From: Mobula hypostoma
Taxonomy: Eukaryota
Assembly (NCBI RefSeq): GCF_963921235.1
Contig: NC_086097.1
Span: 77,006,001-77,070,000 of the forward strand
DNA length: 64,000 nucleotides
Direction: 5' to 3'
Under the pieces are notes generated by a model. That model ran no database searches. It was not told the DNA's origin and saw only the letters and a list, made by a program, of their open reading frames with translations. A program made the position numbers and the translations under genes. Shown here piece after piece: positions 29,401 to 42,589 of this stretch. Each line of letters opens with the position of its first letter. Within the stretch, counting starts at the first letter, position 1.

Positions 29401-30675
29401 TTAAAAAGATAAATAGATTATGGGCTCAAAGCATGGTACAACAAGTGTGAATTCTTTAAACCAAGCATCACTTACGGTGGTCACACCATTGAAGCACAAG
29501 ATTACACAAGTGTGCTGAGAAAATCCAAGTAGTGGTGGATGCCCCAAGGCCAAAAGATGTGTCACAGTTGCGGTCCTTTTTAGGGTTTGTCAACTACTAT
29601 AACAGGTTCCTGGTAAACTTGGCTACTGTGCTCCACCCCTTTAACTCGTTATTACAGATCAGGAAGAAATGGCCATGGACAAAGCAGTGTGAGGTAGCTT
29701 TCCCCAAAGACAAAGGAAGTGGTGATATCAGACACTGTACTCACACATTATGATCCACATTATCCAGTGAAGCTTGCCTGTGAAGCCTCAGCTTATGGTG
29801 AGGTGCAGTCATGTCACATATTCTGAGTGATGGAAGTGAATGCCCCACAGCCTTTGCATCACGTTCCCTTACCACTAAAAAGAAAAATTATGCAAAGGTA
29901 GACAGAGAGCCCTTGGTCTGGTTTGGACTATAAATGTTTCAAACAGTACTTGTATGGTAGAGAGTTTACCCTCATTACTAATCATCAACCACTTTAAATC
30001 CATTTTCAATCCACAGAAGAGTGTTCCATTAACAGCAGCAGCATAAATGCAGAGATGGGCTCTGTTTCTTGGAGGACATAATTACAAGATCAAATTCAAG
30101 AGGACAACTAATCATAGAAATGCTAATAGATTGTCCTGTTTACACTTGGAAAAGGAAATACCTGAAAAACTTACAAAAGAAGACACTCCTCTTTATGTAT
30201 TTTCCCTAATGCAAATTGAAGATCCATAAGACTAGGAGCAGGATTAGGCCATTTGGCCCATCAAGTTTGCTCTGCAATTCAATCATGACTGATCCTTTCT
30301 ATTCTCCTCCTCAGCCCCACTCTCTGGCCTTTTCCCTGAAACCTTTGATGTTGTGGCCAATCAAGAACCTATCAATCTCCACCTTCAATATACCCATCGA
30401 CCTGGCCTCCACAACTGTCTGTGGTAACAAATTCCACAAATTCACCACCCTCTGGCCAAAGAAATTTCTCCACATCTCTATTTCAAATGCATGCTCCTCT
30501 ATCCTGAGGCTGTGCCCTCTTGCCCTAGACTTCCCCACCGTGGGAAACATCCTTTCTACATCTACTCAGTCTAGGCCTTTCAACATTCGAAAGGTGTCAA
30601 TGAGATTCCCCCTCATCCTTCTAAATTCCAGCGAATACAGGCCCAGAGCCATCAAACGTTCCTCATATTATAAAC

Positions 30676-30799
30676 AACATACATAAAAGTTGCTGGTGAA
30701 CGCAGCAGGCCAGGCAGCATCTCGAGGAAGAGGTGCAGCCGACGTTTCAGGCCGAGACCCTTCGTCAGGACTAACTGAAGGAAGAGTGAGTAAGGGATT
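30676..30799 (-). mobile_element. PLE 3' mini-copy inside the CR1
   Basis: 13-bp TSD tcatattataaac at 30663-30675 and 30800-30812. Confidence 0.85.
30737..30772 (-). ncRNA. Minimal type I hammerhead ribozyme motif (intact core)
   Basis: Minus strand agtc-CTGACGA-agg gtctcgg cct-GAAAC-GTC-ggct; stem I has one G-U pair. Confidence 0.7.
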
Positions 30800-32903
30800 T
30801 CATATTATAAACCTTTGTTTCCCGGAATCATTCTTGTGAACCTCCTCTCAACCCTCTCCAATGCCAGCACAGCTCTTCATAGATAAGAGCCCAAAACTGT
30901 TCACAATATTCAAGATGAGGCCTCACTAGTGCCTTATAAAGCCTCAGTATCACACCCCTGTACTTATATTCTAGTCCTTTTGAAATGAATGATAACATTG
31001 CATTGGCCTTCCTTACCATCGACTCAATCTGCAAGTTAACCTTTAGGGTGTTCTGCACAAGGACTACCAAGTCTCTTTGCGTTTCAGATTTTTGGATTTT
31101 CTCCCTATTTAGAAAATAGTCTGCACATTTATTTCTTCTACCAAAGAGCATGACCATGCATTTTCTAACATTGTATTTCATTTGCCACTTTCTTGCCCAT
31201 TCTCCTAATCTGTCTAAGTCCTTCTGCAGCCTTTAAGTCTCCCTATTACAGCAGAGATGATCCAAAGGCAAACCAGAAAAGACCCCACACTGTCTCAGGT
31301 CTACATGGCGACCCAAAATGGCTGGAATGTGCTGCAGAAATTCCAGGTCGCCCATTTTCACCAGCACGGGAAGGAATCTGCTCTTGACAGGTGTTGCCTT
31401 GTGTGGGGATTGAGAGTTGTTCTACCATCCAAGCTGAGAGCTAAAGTGCTGGAGGGACTATACGCCGATCATATAGGTGTGGTCAAAATGAAAGTGTTGG
31501 CTTGACCCTTTGTCTGGTGGCCTGGTATGGATCAGCATATCCAGCAGCTTGCCGTGCATTGTCCGAGATGGCAACTTGTCCAGAAGATGCCAACAGTAGT
31601 GCCTCTCCATCTCTGGGAATGGCCTGCATTGCCCTGGCGGAGGAATCATGTCGGTTTACTGGATCTTCCGTTAAGATGGCGGCACATTTGGGTCCTGTTG
31701 CAGCAGCTTCTAGGGGGTCAACAAAAGGTGCCACTGTCCTATTTAAATGTATTTTTAATGATCGCAAGATCCTGCTACACATTAAGAACTTAAAGGACTG
31801 CAGGTCTACCACATCAGTGAATTGCTCGCTACCAGAGAAAATGAAGGAGCTGTGTGATGTGCTGCTGCCTGAGTCAATGGAGGTTTACAGTCTAACAGCA
31901 AATGGCCGCCATGGTTGCTTTTCTTGTGATTGCAAGACCCTTTTGGACATTGTTAATGTGGTATGCTGCAAGTTTGATTTACTGATTTACTGGCAGACAG
32001 CAGTGGCAGATGGCGGGGGAGCTGTGGGGCCCCAGCCATAGCGAGGCCAGAAGTGTTCCCAATAGCCCCCACTAGGGCCTCACGCCACTGATAATGTTGA
32101 GAAGCCTCTCCTCAGGGACTGGTTGTCAGTAACAATGGACCACAGATAGCTGCAAAACAGTTTCAGCCATTCCCGAAAATGACTGGAATAAGACCTATTA
32201 CATCTGCACCATACTACCCAGCTACAAATGGCCTGGCAGAAAATTTTGTTTAGAGTCTAAAGAATGCTCTGCGATCAATGTCAGCAGAACACCCTACACT
32301 GACACTGAATCAGAAGCTCGTCAATTTCCTATTTGCATATCTCAGTGCAGTACACTCCACAACCAATAACTCACCAGCTCTGCTGCTCCTGGGTCGTCAC
32401 TTGTGCTCACACTTGTATCTCCTCAAACCTGATCTCAGAAGGAGTATGCAGGACCAACAGCTGAGACAAATTGAGAGCTCCTCAAACAAGGAGTTTCGAT
32501 GTTTCACTCCTGGCAAGGGACTACCTAGGTGATCAAAAGCAGGTACTTGGAAAGATTTAAGTTCAGAACTTGACCACTCTCACCACTCTCCTGCACAGTG
32601 GAGAATGTGTCTGATGTCATCTGGAGACAACACATCGTTCAGTAGAGGAGAGCAGAGTCAACTGTTAGAGAAGAAAGAGGTCCAGAGCTGTCAGAACCAC
32701 TGCCTATAGTCCCAGAGTTTACTCCTACAATCACCATGGAGGAGGCCCCAGAACCTGAGATTGTTTCACAGCCACAAATCTTACCTGCCAAGCAGAGTTA
32801 CCCTCCACCCCCTTGTCAGTAAGGACATTATCCCACAAGAGTAAAAAATCTTGCACTGCGATGAAATCTTCATGCCTGAATGGGACAATTTAAAACTTAC
32901 TAT

Positions 32904-32944
32904 AAAAGTTGCTTGAATTTCCAGCATCTGCAGAATTCCTGTTG
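32904..32944 (+). mobile_element. 41-bp PLE 3'-tip insertion
   Basis: gttgcttgaatttccagcatctgcagaattcctgttg flanked by tttaa(a/g)acttactat at 32889-32903 and 32945-32959. Confidence 0.7.
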
Positions 32945-33349
32945 TTTAAGACTTACTATGCTGTGTTTGTCTATATAGTCATGGTATTATATAGTATACA
33001 GTGTATACAGAGAGCAATATGTTATATATTTGAGCTGAGATGCATTCCATATCGAGATGATAGCTAGGCAGGAAATGTGTAAGCGCATATTTGAGTAATA
33101 TTTTAGGTATGTTGTTTGATTAAGCATCCTTTGTTGTTTACATAATTCATTTTGAGTTATATATAAGTATGTGAATGGCATATGTTATTATACCACCTTG
33201 TCACATGTCTGCACCTCACCAAAGAAGAAACTAAGTAGACACCATCACAGCTCCTGTGTTTTCCTTTTGATATAGTTTCTGGGGTTACAAAACATAAGTT
33301 CAAAGTAATTTTATTATCAAAGTACACATACAGTATGTCACCATACAGA

Positions 33350-33888
33350 ACCCTGAGAAGCCAGACGATGCTGAGGATGTTCTATGAGTCTGTGGTGGCC
33401 AGTGCAATCATATTTGCTGTTGTGTGCTGGGACAGCAGGCTGAGGGTAGCAGACATCAACAGAATCAACAAACTCTTTCGTAAGGCCAGTGATGTTGTGG
33501 GGATGGAACTGGACTCTTTGACGGTGGTGTCTGAAAAGAGGGTGCTGTCCAAGTTGCATGCCATCTTGAACAACGTCTCCCATCCACTACATAATGTACT
33601 GGGTGGGCACAGGAGTACATTCAGCCAGAGACTCATTCCACCGAGATGCAACACAGAGCATCATAGGAAGTCATTCCTGCCTGTTGCCATCAAACTTTAC
33701 AACTCCTCCCTTGGAGAGTCAGACACGCTGAGCCAATAGGCTGGTCCTGGATTTATTTCCTGGCATAATTTACATATTGCTATTTAACTATTTATGGTTT
33801 TATTACTATTTATTATTTATGGTGCAACTGTAACGAAAACCAATTTCCCCCGGGATCAATAAAGTATGACTATGACTATGACTATGAT
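33350..33888 (+). mobile_element. Rex1/Babar-like LINE 3' end
   Basis: ORF 33335..33739 (MFYESVVASAIIFAVVCW...SHPLH...RKSFLPVAIKLYN); aataaa followed by a (tatgac)n tail. Confidence 0.75.
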
Positions 33889-33949
33889 TCATTTTCTTGC
33901 AAGCAAATTCAGTAAATCCATAATAGAATAATAACTATAAAACAATCGA

Positions 33950-34168
33950 CACACATCAAAGTTGCTGGTGAACGCAGCAGGCCAGGCAGCATCTGTAGGA
34001 AGAGGTGCAGTCAACGTTTCAGGCCGAGACCCAGTCTGACGAAGGGTCTCGGCCTGAAACGTCGACTGCACCTCTTCCTACAGATGCTGCCTGGCCTGCT
34101 GCGTTCACCAGCAACTTTGATGTGTGTTGCTTGAATTTCCAGCATCTGCAGAATTCCTGTTGTTTGCG
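33950..34168. mobile_element. Palindromic PLE mini-copy
   Basis: Inverted arms around 34032. 14-bp TSD tataaaacaatcga at 33936-33949 and 34169-34182. Confidence 0.87.
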
Positions 34169-34394
34169 TATAAAACAATCGATGTAAGATTGCACCAACT
34201 TGGGCGTTCAGTGTACAAAAGACAACAAACTATGCAAATACAAAAAGAAAAAAAATAAGCAATAAATACTGAGAACAAGTGAGTCCATTGGTTGTGGGAA
34301 TATTGTGACGATGGAGCAGGTGAAGTTATTGTCTTTGGGTCAAAAGCAAAACGTTGGATACTTGCGAATGCTGGTAACTGACAGCAGAAAGGTG

Positions 34395-34650
34395 CAGTAT
34401 TTAGTGCTGCTGTTTCACAAAACCAGAGACTGGGATTCAGTCCTAAACTTTGGGCACTGTCTGTGTGTAGTTTGCATGTTCCCGACAACGACATTATGAG
34501 TATTCCTAGATACACCAAGTTCCTCCCACATGCCAAAGACATCATGTTTAGTTGGGTGAATGGCTACTGTAAACTGCCCATAATATATAGGATTAGTGTA
34601 GGTGAGTATTTCTGGCTGGCTTGGATGTAGTAGATAAGATCCTATTTCCA
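34395..34650 (+). mobile_element. Degenerate V-SINE (HE1-like)
   Basis: Similar to 25677-25935 (agtttgcatgttccc...ttcctcccacatgccaaagac). Confidence 0.55.
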
Positions 34651-35019
34651 TGTTGTAGGAATCAGAGGTTATCGGACAGTGGAGGAATTACACTGCCCGG
34701 AAGGTTGGTGAACGCATGTTTCAGAGTAGCTTTCAAAAGGAATAAATACTTTAAGAGGGAAACAAGCAAGGATCATGATTAACGAGCAGAAAACGAGACT
34801 TAATACTTCCTCTATGTTTCATGCTTTGCCATCAATCATTTGAATTACAGGTCACAATATCAGAAATAAATAAAGCAACACGCAACCAGATCCAATGAAA
34901 ATTTCTAATTCAACATTAGAAAAAGCATTAATATTTTGGACTGAATACACTTGATCAGAACTGGGTAATAAACAGGAAGGGGAAGGACTGTGAAAGGATA
35001 GTGACAAGAAAAGGTTGCC

Positions 35020-35560
35020 AGGGACTGGATGGTTGGCTGTTTTGCTGATCACCCCCATACAATATGCAAAGGTGATCCTGCGCTTTCAATTTCCAGTCAC
35101 TTTAATTCTCTAACCCCTCTCACACTACATCTGTCATTGGCTCCTCACCCAGTTCCAGCAAAGCTTAATGTTATCTTGAGGAAGAGCATCTCATCTTCAA
35201 GTGAAGAACACTGCACATCAGTATTCAACATCAAATTTAACAACTTTAGATAAATATTGCACCTCATTTCCAGCTCTTGGTTATTTTTACCCCATTTCTC
35301 CTGTTCTTGTTTGTCAGATTCGATCTGTTGTCCCCATTTAAGCCTCATTTTAACGTATATTTGTTGTTTGTTTTCAGTCACCACTGGCACCATCACCACT
35401 GTATCTTGTGACCTCCACTATATAGCAAGTGTTCCCTTCTGCTCCACCCTTCACCTTCTCCGCATATTCTTTTCTAACTTTTCTCAACCTGAAACATAAA
35501 TTCTGTTTCTCTTTTCACAGATACTGCTGAGTACCTCCAGATTATTTTATTTCAGATTTC
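35020..35560 (+). mobile_element. Old Neptune-type PLE remnant (GIY-YIG C-terminus and 3' UTR)
   Basis: Decayed equivalents of RFAEH, HFNS, LEEEHLIF and NIKFNNFR*, resembling the end of ORF 50745..51701. Confidence 0.55.
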
Positions 35561-35991
35561 ATGTATTTTGTAAAGCACCATGGAGAAATAAAACTAAATT
35601 GTTCAATTAAACAAAATCTAACTCCTTCTGAAGTCATGGCACCAATGGCCACTGGAATGTTCCTGCTTGCTCTTACTTTGTGGAAAGGAATAACTATAAC
35701 GATACCACCGTCCTTACTGCATCCCCTAGCAACTGATCTAAGTGCGTGAAAACAAAGAGCTACAAACAGATCTACTCTGCTTCAGCAGACATTACTCTTG
35801 AAGGGAAGCCAATGGAACAAATTACGTCCTTAACATACATTCTAATATCAAAACCCAAGGAAGAACCGCTACTGTTACTTATTTTCATCTACCAAATCAA
35901 TGAAAAATAAACTGTCCACAGAAATGCTTGAAAAGTGCTGAAGTAAATCGACATTTCCGTGTTGTGTGAAGACATAATAAATAAGTCCTAC

Positions 35992-36087
35992 CTGTACCAA
36001 TTCAGGTTCCAAATTTAGTCGAAGGTGAAGTGGCAGTTCTTGAAGAGACTGTGCCAGAGAGTGACAGTCTATAAACAGGGGTGATAC
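35992..36087 (-). CDS. AVEN: AVEN coding exon (VSPLFIDCHSLAQSLQELPLHLRLNLEPELVQ)
   Basis: tttcag| ... cag|gtagga; 96 nt; LQELPLxLRLN motif of Aven. Confidence 0.92.
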
Positions 36088-36564
36088 CTGAAATACAGAA
36101 CCAATTGATAGTACATAATTAAGTAGGAAGTACATATGAATTACAGTACACGAACAGAAATTCAACTCTCTGGAAGCAGGTCAATATTGGTTTCCAGTTG
36201 TAACTATTAAATACTATGTTGTTTAACTCTGAACATTAACTTCTAATTTTTTTCAGTTGTGTCCTAACCAAATACAAACTGACTTAAATATCAGGCCAAA
36301 AAGGAAAATATTACTTTCCTTAAATGAGATGTGTGGGTAAATATATGTTGCAGCATTGAGTTTTCCAGTAAAGAAAAAGTTTAGTCATATGTTTAATAGG
36401 CTGCAGGTCAGGAGCAGTGATCAGAGAATCACAGAAAAATAAGGCACAGAAAGGGATCATTCAGCTCATTGAGTTGCTGGGAGAGAAATCCCATTAGTCC
36501 CACACCTCTCTTTTATCCATAAATGAGACGTGGGAGAAGAAGGGAAAGGGAGAGAGAAAATTAC

Positions 36565-37305
36565 AGAATCAGGTTTATTATCACCAGCATGAGTCGTGAA
36601 ATTTGTTAACTTAGCAGCAGCAGTACAATGCACACAAAGAAAATAATAAGTAATCAATTACAGTTAGTATCTATATGTAGATTCAAAATAATGCAAAACA
36701 GAAATTATATATTAAAAAAAAAGTGAGGTAGTGTTCAAGGGTTCAATGTCCATTTAGGAACCGGATGGCAGAGGGAAGAAGCTATTCCTGAATCGCTGAG
36801 TGTGTGCCTTCAGGCTTCTGTACCTCCTACCTGATGGTAACAATAAGAAGAGAGCACGTCCTGCGTGATGGAGGCCCTTAATAATGGACACCACCTTTCT
36901 AAGGTACTGCTCTGTGAAGATGTCTTGGATATTTCGGAGGGTAGTACCCATGATGGAACTGACCAAGTTTACAACTTCCTGTAGCTTCTTTTAGTCCAGT
37001 GGAGCAGCCCTCCTCCCCCACTCTGATACCAGTCAGTGATGCAGCCTGTCAGAATGCTCTCCATTGTACATCTATAGGTTTTAGATGACAAACCAAATTT
37101 CTTCAAACTCCTAATGAAATATAGCTGTTGTCTTGCCTTCTTTATAGCAGAATCGTTACGATTCTCAGAGATCTTGACACCCAGAAACTTGAAATTGTTC
37201 ACTCTCTCCACCTTTGATCCCTCTTTGAGAATTGGTTTGTGTTCCCTCGTCTTACCCTTCCTGATCAGCTCTTTTGTCTTACTGACATTGAGTGCAAGGT
37301 TGTTG
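36565..37305 (-). mobile_element. Rex1/Babar-like LINE 3' fragment
   Basis: ORFs 36969..37211 (ERVNNFKFLGV...KKARQQLYFIRSLKKFG) and 36754..36966 (LLPSGRRYRSL...RFRNSFFP). Confidence 0.75.
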
Positions 37306-37519
37306 AAAGAAAGGGATACCTAGATAGGCATACAGCGATCGAAAGAAGGAGTTTTAAATCTTAATCTGTTACTAATGGTTTATGTGTTCATCTGAAGTTT
37401 TCAACAATATGGCACAAAAGGAGTTTTTCACTACATTCGACCATGTTCCAGCTGCCCTAGGTTCATTTAAAGGGACAATATTAAGAGAAGCAGAAGAAAC
37501 GGTATAAAGACAGTAAGGT

Positions 37520-40385
37520 AGAAGGGCTGAAATGTGTGTACCTCAATGCAAGAAGCATCAGGAACAAAGGTGATGAACTGAGAGCTTGGATACATACATG
37601 GAAATATGATGTAGTGGCCATTACAGAGACTTGGCTGGCACCAGGGCAGGAATGGATTCTCAATCTTCCGGGATTTCAGTGCTTTAAAAGGGATAGAGAG
37701 GTGGGGGGAAAGGAGAGGAGGGGTGGCATTACTCGTCAAGGATACTATTACAGCTACAGAAAGGGTGGGTAATGAAGCAGGATCCTCTTTTGAGTCAGTA
37801 TGGGTGGAAGTCAGGAACAGGAAGGGAGCAGTTACTCTACTGGGGGTATTCTATAGGCCCTCTGGTAGCAGCAGAGATATAGAGGAGCAGATTGGGAGGC
37901 AGATTTTGGAAAGGTGCAAAAATAACAGGGTTGTTATCATGGGTGACTTTAACTTTCCTAATATTGATTGGCACCTGATTAGTTCCAAGGGTTTAGATGG
38001 GGCAGAGTTTGTTAAGTGTGACCAGGATGGATTCCTGTCACAGTATGTGGACAGGTTGACTGGGGGAATGCCATACTAGATCTAGTACTAGGTAATGAAC
38101 CGGGTCAGGTCACAGTGGGTGAGCATCTGGGGGAAAGTGACCACCGCTCCCTGGCCTTTATCATGGAAAAGGATAGAATCAGAGAGGACAGGAAAATTTT
38201 TAATTGGGGAAGGGCAAATTATGAGGCTATAAGGCTAGAACTTGCGGGTGTGAATTGGGACGATGTTTTTGCACGGAAATGTACTATGGACATGTGGTCG
38301 ATGTTTGGAGATCTCTTGCAGGATGTTAGGGATAAATTTGTCCTGGTGAGGAAGATAAAGAATGGTAGGGTGAAGGAACCATGGGTGAAGGAACCATGGG
38401 TGACAAGTGAGGTGGAAAATCTAGTCAGGTGGAAGAAGGCAGCATACATGAGGTTTAGGAAGCAAGGATCAGATGGGTCTATTGAGGAATATAGGGAAGC
38501 AAGAAAAGAGCTTAAGAAGGGGCTGAGAAGAGCAAGAACGGGGCATGAGAAGGCCTTGGCGAGTAGGGTAAAGGAAAACACCAAGGCATTCTTCAATTAT
38601 GTGAAGTAAAAAAGGATGACAGGAGTGAAGGTAGGACCAATTAGAGATAAAGGTGGGAAGATGTGCCTGGAGGCTGTGGAAGTGAGTGAGGTCCTCAATA
38701 AATACTTCTGTTCGGTATTCACCAATGAGAGGGAAATTGATGATGGTGAGGACAATATGAGTGAGGTTGATGTTCTGCAGCATGTTGATATTAAGGGAGA
38801 GGAGGTGTTGGAGTTGTTAAAATACATTAGGACGGATAAGTCCCCGGGGCCTGATGGAATATTCCCCAGGCTGTTCCACGAGGTGAGGGAAGAGATTGCT
38901 GAGCCTCTGGCTAGGATCTTTCTGTCCTTGTTGTCCACAGGAATGGTACTGGAGGATTGGAGGGAGGCGAATGTTGTCCCCTTGTTCAAAAAAGGTAGTA
39001 GGGATAGTCTGGGTAATTATAGACCAGTGAGCTTACGTCTGTGGTGGGAAAGCTGTTGGAAAAGATTCTTAGAGATAGGATCTCTGGGCATTTAGAGAAT
39101 CATGGTCTGATCAGGGAAGTCAGCACGGCTTTGTGAAGGACAGATCGTGTCTAACAAGCCTGACAGAGTTCTTTGTGGAGGTGACCAGGCATAAAGATGA
39201 GGGTAGTGCAGTGGATGTGATCTATATGGATTTTAGTAAAGCATTTGACAAGGTTCCACACGGTAGGCTTATTCAGAAAGTCAGAAGGCATGGGATCCAG
39301 GGAAGTTTGGCCAGGTGGATTCGGAATTGGCTTGTCTGCAGAAGGCAGAGGGTCGTGGTGGAGGGAGTACATTCGGATTGGAGGGTTGTGACTAGTGGTG
39401 TCCCACAAGGATCTGTTCTGGGACCTCTACTTTTCATGATTTTTATTAACGACCTGGATGTGGGGGTAGAAGGGTAGGTTGGCAAGTTTGCAGATGACAC
39501 AAAGGTTGGTGGTGTTGTAGATAGTGTAGAGGATTGTCAAAGATTGCAGAGAGACATTGATAGGATGCAGAAGTGGGCTGAGAAGTGGCAGATGGAGTTC
39601 CACCTGGAGAAGTGTGAGGTGGTACACTTTGGAAGGGCAAACTCCAAGGCAGAGTACAAAGTAAATGGCAGGATACTTGGTAGTGTGGAGGAGCAGAAGG
39701 ATCTGGGGGTACATGTCTACAGATCCCTGAAAGTTGCCTCACAGGTGGATAGGGTAGTTAAGAAAGCTTATGGGGTATAAGCTTGCATAAGTCGAGGGAT
39801 AGAGTTTACAGGCGCGGGGTAATGATGCAGCTCTATAAAACTCTGGTTAGGCCACACTTGGAGTACTGTGTCCAGTTCCGGTTGCCTCACTATAGGAAGG
39901 ATGTGGAAGCACTGGAAAGGGTACAGAGGAGATTTACCAGGATGCTGCCTGGTTTAGAAAGTATGCATTATGATCAGAGATTAAGGGAGCTTGGGTTTTA
40001 CTCTTTGGAGAGAAGGAGGATGAGAGGAGACATGATAGAGGTGTACAAGGTAATAAGAGGAATAGATAGAGTGGATAGCCAGCGCCTCTTCCCCAGGGCA
40101 CCACTGCTCAATACAAGAGGACATGGCTTTAAGGTAAGGGGTGGGAAGTTCAAGGGGGATATTAGAGGAAGGTTTTTTACTCAGAGAGTGGTTGGTGCGT
40201 GGAATGCACTGCTTGAGTCAGTGGTGGAGGCAGATATACTAGTGAAGTTGAAGAGACTACTAGACAGGTATATGGAGGAATTTAAGGTGGAGGCTTATAT
40301 GGGAGGCAGGGTTTGAGGGTCGGCACAATATTGTGGGCCGAAGGGCCTGTACTGTGCTGTACTATTCTATGTTCTATGTTCTATA
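37520..40385 (+). mobile_element. CR1 LINE ORF2 (APE endonuclease + RT), near full length, several frameshifts and stops
   Basis: [59 protein letters not shown]; tail (ttctatg)n. Confidence 0.92.
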
Positions 40386-40719
40386 ATAGCCTTAGGACTA
40401 TTTTAAGTTCCTGTGCAGAAGGAGCCATAATCTGTATCAAAATGAGCTGGTCTGGATTCTGGGAACAAAAGAGTGAGTGAGAACAACAGAGGGTGAAGTG
40501 CAGAGGAAGGGAAACAAGAAAGAAAAAGAGTGAGTGAGAAAAAGAGCAAAAATGAGAAAATAAAGTGACAGTGAGGACAATGACCAGAACACAGTGAGAG
40601 AGAAAGGTTAAGCCGATGGTCTCTAAACCAGGAGATTATACAGGGAACTTTAATCAATGTATAAATTTTGTTGCACCTGCCTCAGTGTGTTTGGTGGAAT
40701 ATTATAGAAGGAAATTATC

Positions 40720-41045
40720 ATCATCATGTGGCGGGTTGTATGAAGCGGCCGATTGTGGTCTTTGACCATGATTATTATTGGCAAATTTTTCTACAGAAGT
40801 GGTTTGCCATTGCTTCTTCTGGGCAGTGTCTTTACAAGACTGGTGACCCCAGCTATTATCAATACTGTTCAGGGATTGTCTGCTTGGCATCAGTGGTCGT
40901 GTAATCAGGACTTGTAATATCCACCACTTGCTCCCATGACTTCATGTGACCCTGATCAGAGGGCTAAGCAGCTGCTATATCTTGCCTAAGGGTGACCTAT
41001 AGGCTAGCAGAGTGAAACTGTGCATTACACCTCCTTTGGTAGAGA
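40720..41045 (-). mobile_element. RTE-related SINE-like element
   Basis: Minus strand gaagcaatggcaaaccacttctgtagaaaaatttgccaa resembles the RTE/BovB and Sauria-SINE motif as I recall it; (gat)n tail. Confidence 0.45.
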
Positions 41046-42589
41046 CATAGCCAATGTTCCCTCTAAGGTGTGCATGTATGCACGCACACACATCTTTTGC
41101 TACTTGCGCACAAAAGGTTGTCACCCTCTACCTCATTGGTGTGTTAAGTATATTTCACAATCATACACAATCACATTTCCTTTTCCAGTTTCTGATGCGG
41201 ATGGTGTTGACAACGTGGAGTTTGCAATGATTTGTCTGCAGATTTTAGAACTGGCTTACTTATACTGCTTTTACTGAAGAAATTATACAGTGCGCACATG
41301 TTGCCACTGGGCAAAAAATTGCACAGCATAAGATTTTGCACACACTGGTCATTACAAATTAACTTTGGACTTAGCTCCACCCTGCCAACATTTAGAAGGG
41401 AATACAGTCTGCATTTACCCTACTCAAGGAGGGCAAGAGAACCAGACATGTAGTAATAAACCATTGCTTCAAAGTTCCCCTCCAAGTGATCTACTGCCCA
41501 GACCTGAAAATACATTGTTCTCCCTTCATTGGTACCAAGTGTAGTTTACCAGCAAACTGCACTATTTCCTCACTGTAGCTGTCCAAGATGGTGGATCATC
41601 TCAAGGGCAGTTAGGGATAGGTAATAAATATGAGGCTTTTCAGCAATGCCCACTCACTGAAAATTGTACTGAAACAAAATCCCAGTGTGAGTCATTATCC
41701 TTCATGAAAAGCAGAAACAAACTGGACCGGCGAGGGACAGGACGTTAAATGATGATCGATGAGTCACCCAATTATAGAATTTATTTCTCTAATGACCTTC
41801 CTTTTCCTACAAGTACCTTAACTGTTATCTGTTCAAGAGTAAATCACGACATTTTCTGAATTTCAGTTACTCTAATTAATTTTGCTTTTATGGTTACAAC
41901 TGCCCATTGGAATGCATTGGCTTAAACACAAATAAGGGTGACAGAAGAAAATTCAAACAATGGCTTCAGAAAGGAATTAGCTATGAGTCAAAGAGAAAGA
42001 GCTCAAGAATGGTACTAATAACATTAAAGCCAGCATTCACTCAATAGGCTAGATGGCTTCCCCTGGGCTATACCATTGTGAATAGGCTGTATGTCTAATT
42101 GTATGTCAACGTGACCTAGTCAGGTCACTCGTCTGAGTGCTACTGGTACCATGTAACCCAGTACGACCTGTCGCATGGTCGGGTGGTTGGCGACTAAACC
42201 GGCTCCTCCATCAGGCTTGCCTGGTGAGGAGAGTGGCTAGACACCCTGCAGGACAAAAAACAAGATCTGTCAAAGGGCAGATGAACCCTCTTGTAGGGTC
42301 AATGGCCATCCTTTGCATCGAAGCTTGGTCTGGCCATTCACTGCAACAGAACTTCCCCCAGCCGTCTTGGCCCCACCATGCCACTGGATCCGGGAGGGGA
42401 TGTCGAGAGGGTGGGTCTGGACCTGTGCAACCCCCTACTCACCTAAAATCCACTCACGCACACACTGTTCCCTTCTGAGGAGTGGGGTACCATCCCACTA
42501 AACAACTGAATGGAACCATCATCATCCTATCGGAGGGATAGCCAAACAGAGAAATGTCAAAGTTTGACAGGAAATTATATGTCTGTCTT

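Larger units (their letters stand above)
30223..31234 (-). mobile_element. CR1 LINE 3' fragment inserted into the Gypsy pol
   Basis: ORFs 30828..31181 and 30311..30550 (LYKALVRPHLEYC; FFGQRVVNLWN). The Gypsy peptide MQIE|SLPITAEMI is split by it. Confidence 0.85.
27110..33297 (+). mobile_element. Gypsy/Ty3 LTR retrotransposon, old and decayed, with nested insertions
   Basis: Diverged LTRs about 27110-27344 and 33076-33297; PBS-like tggtgacgag near 27347. gag (NWMMYTEQIQQYFEAN...FHKRNQKE), RT YLDD near 29335, LRSFLGFVNYYNRF, QRWALFL, and integrase WEWPALPW fragments. Confidence 0.85.

Noticed and set aside
31502..32041. 179-aa ORF as a novel gene
   Set aside because: It spans an off-frame Gypsy integrase segment and a foreign insert, with no recognisable domain or splice context.
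41052..41407. Possible hAT-like MITE beginning caatgttccctctaa
   Set aside because: The right TIR matches only weakly and no 8-bp TSD was found; not supportable.
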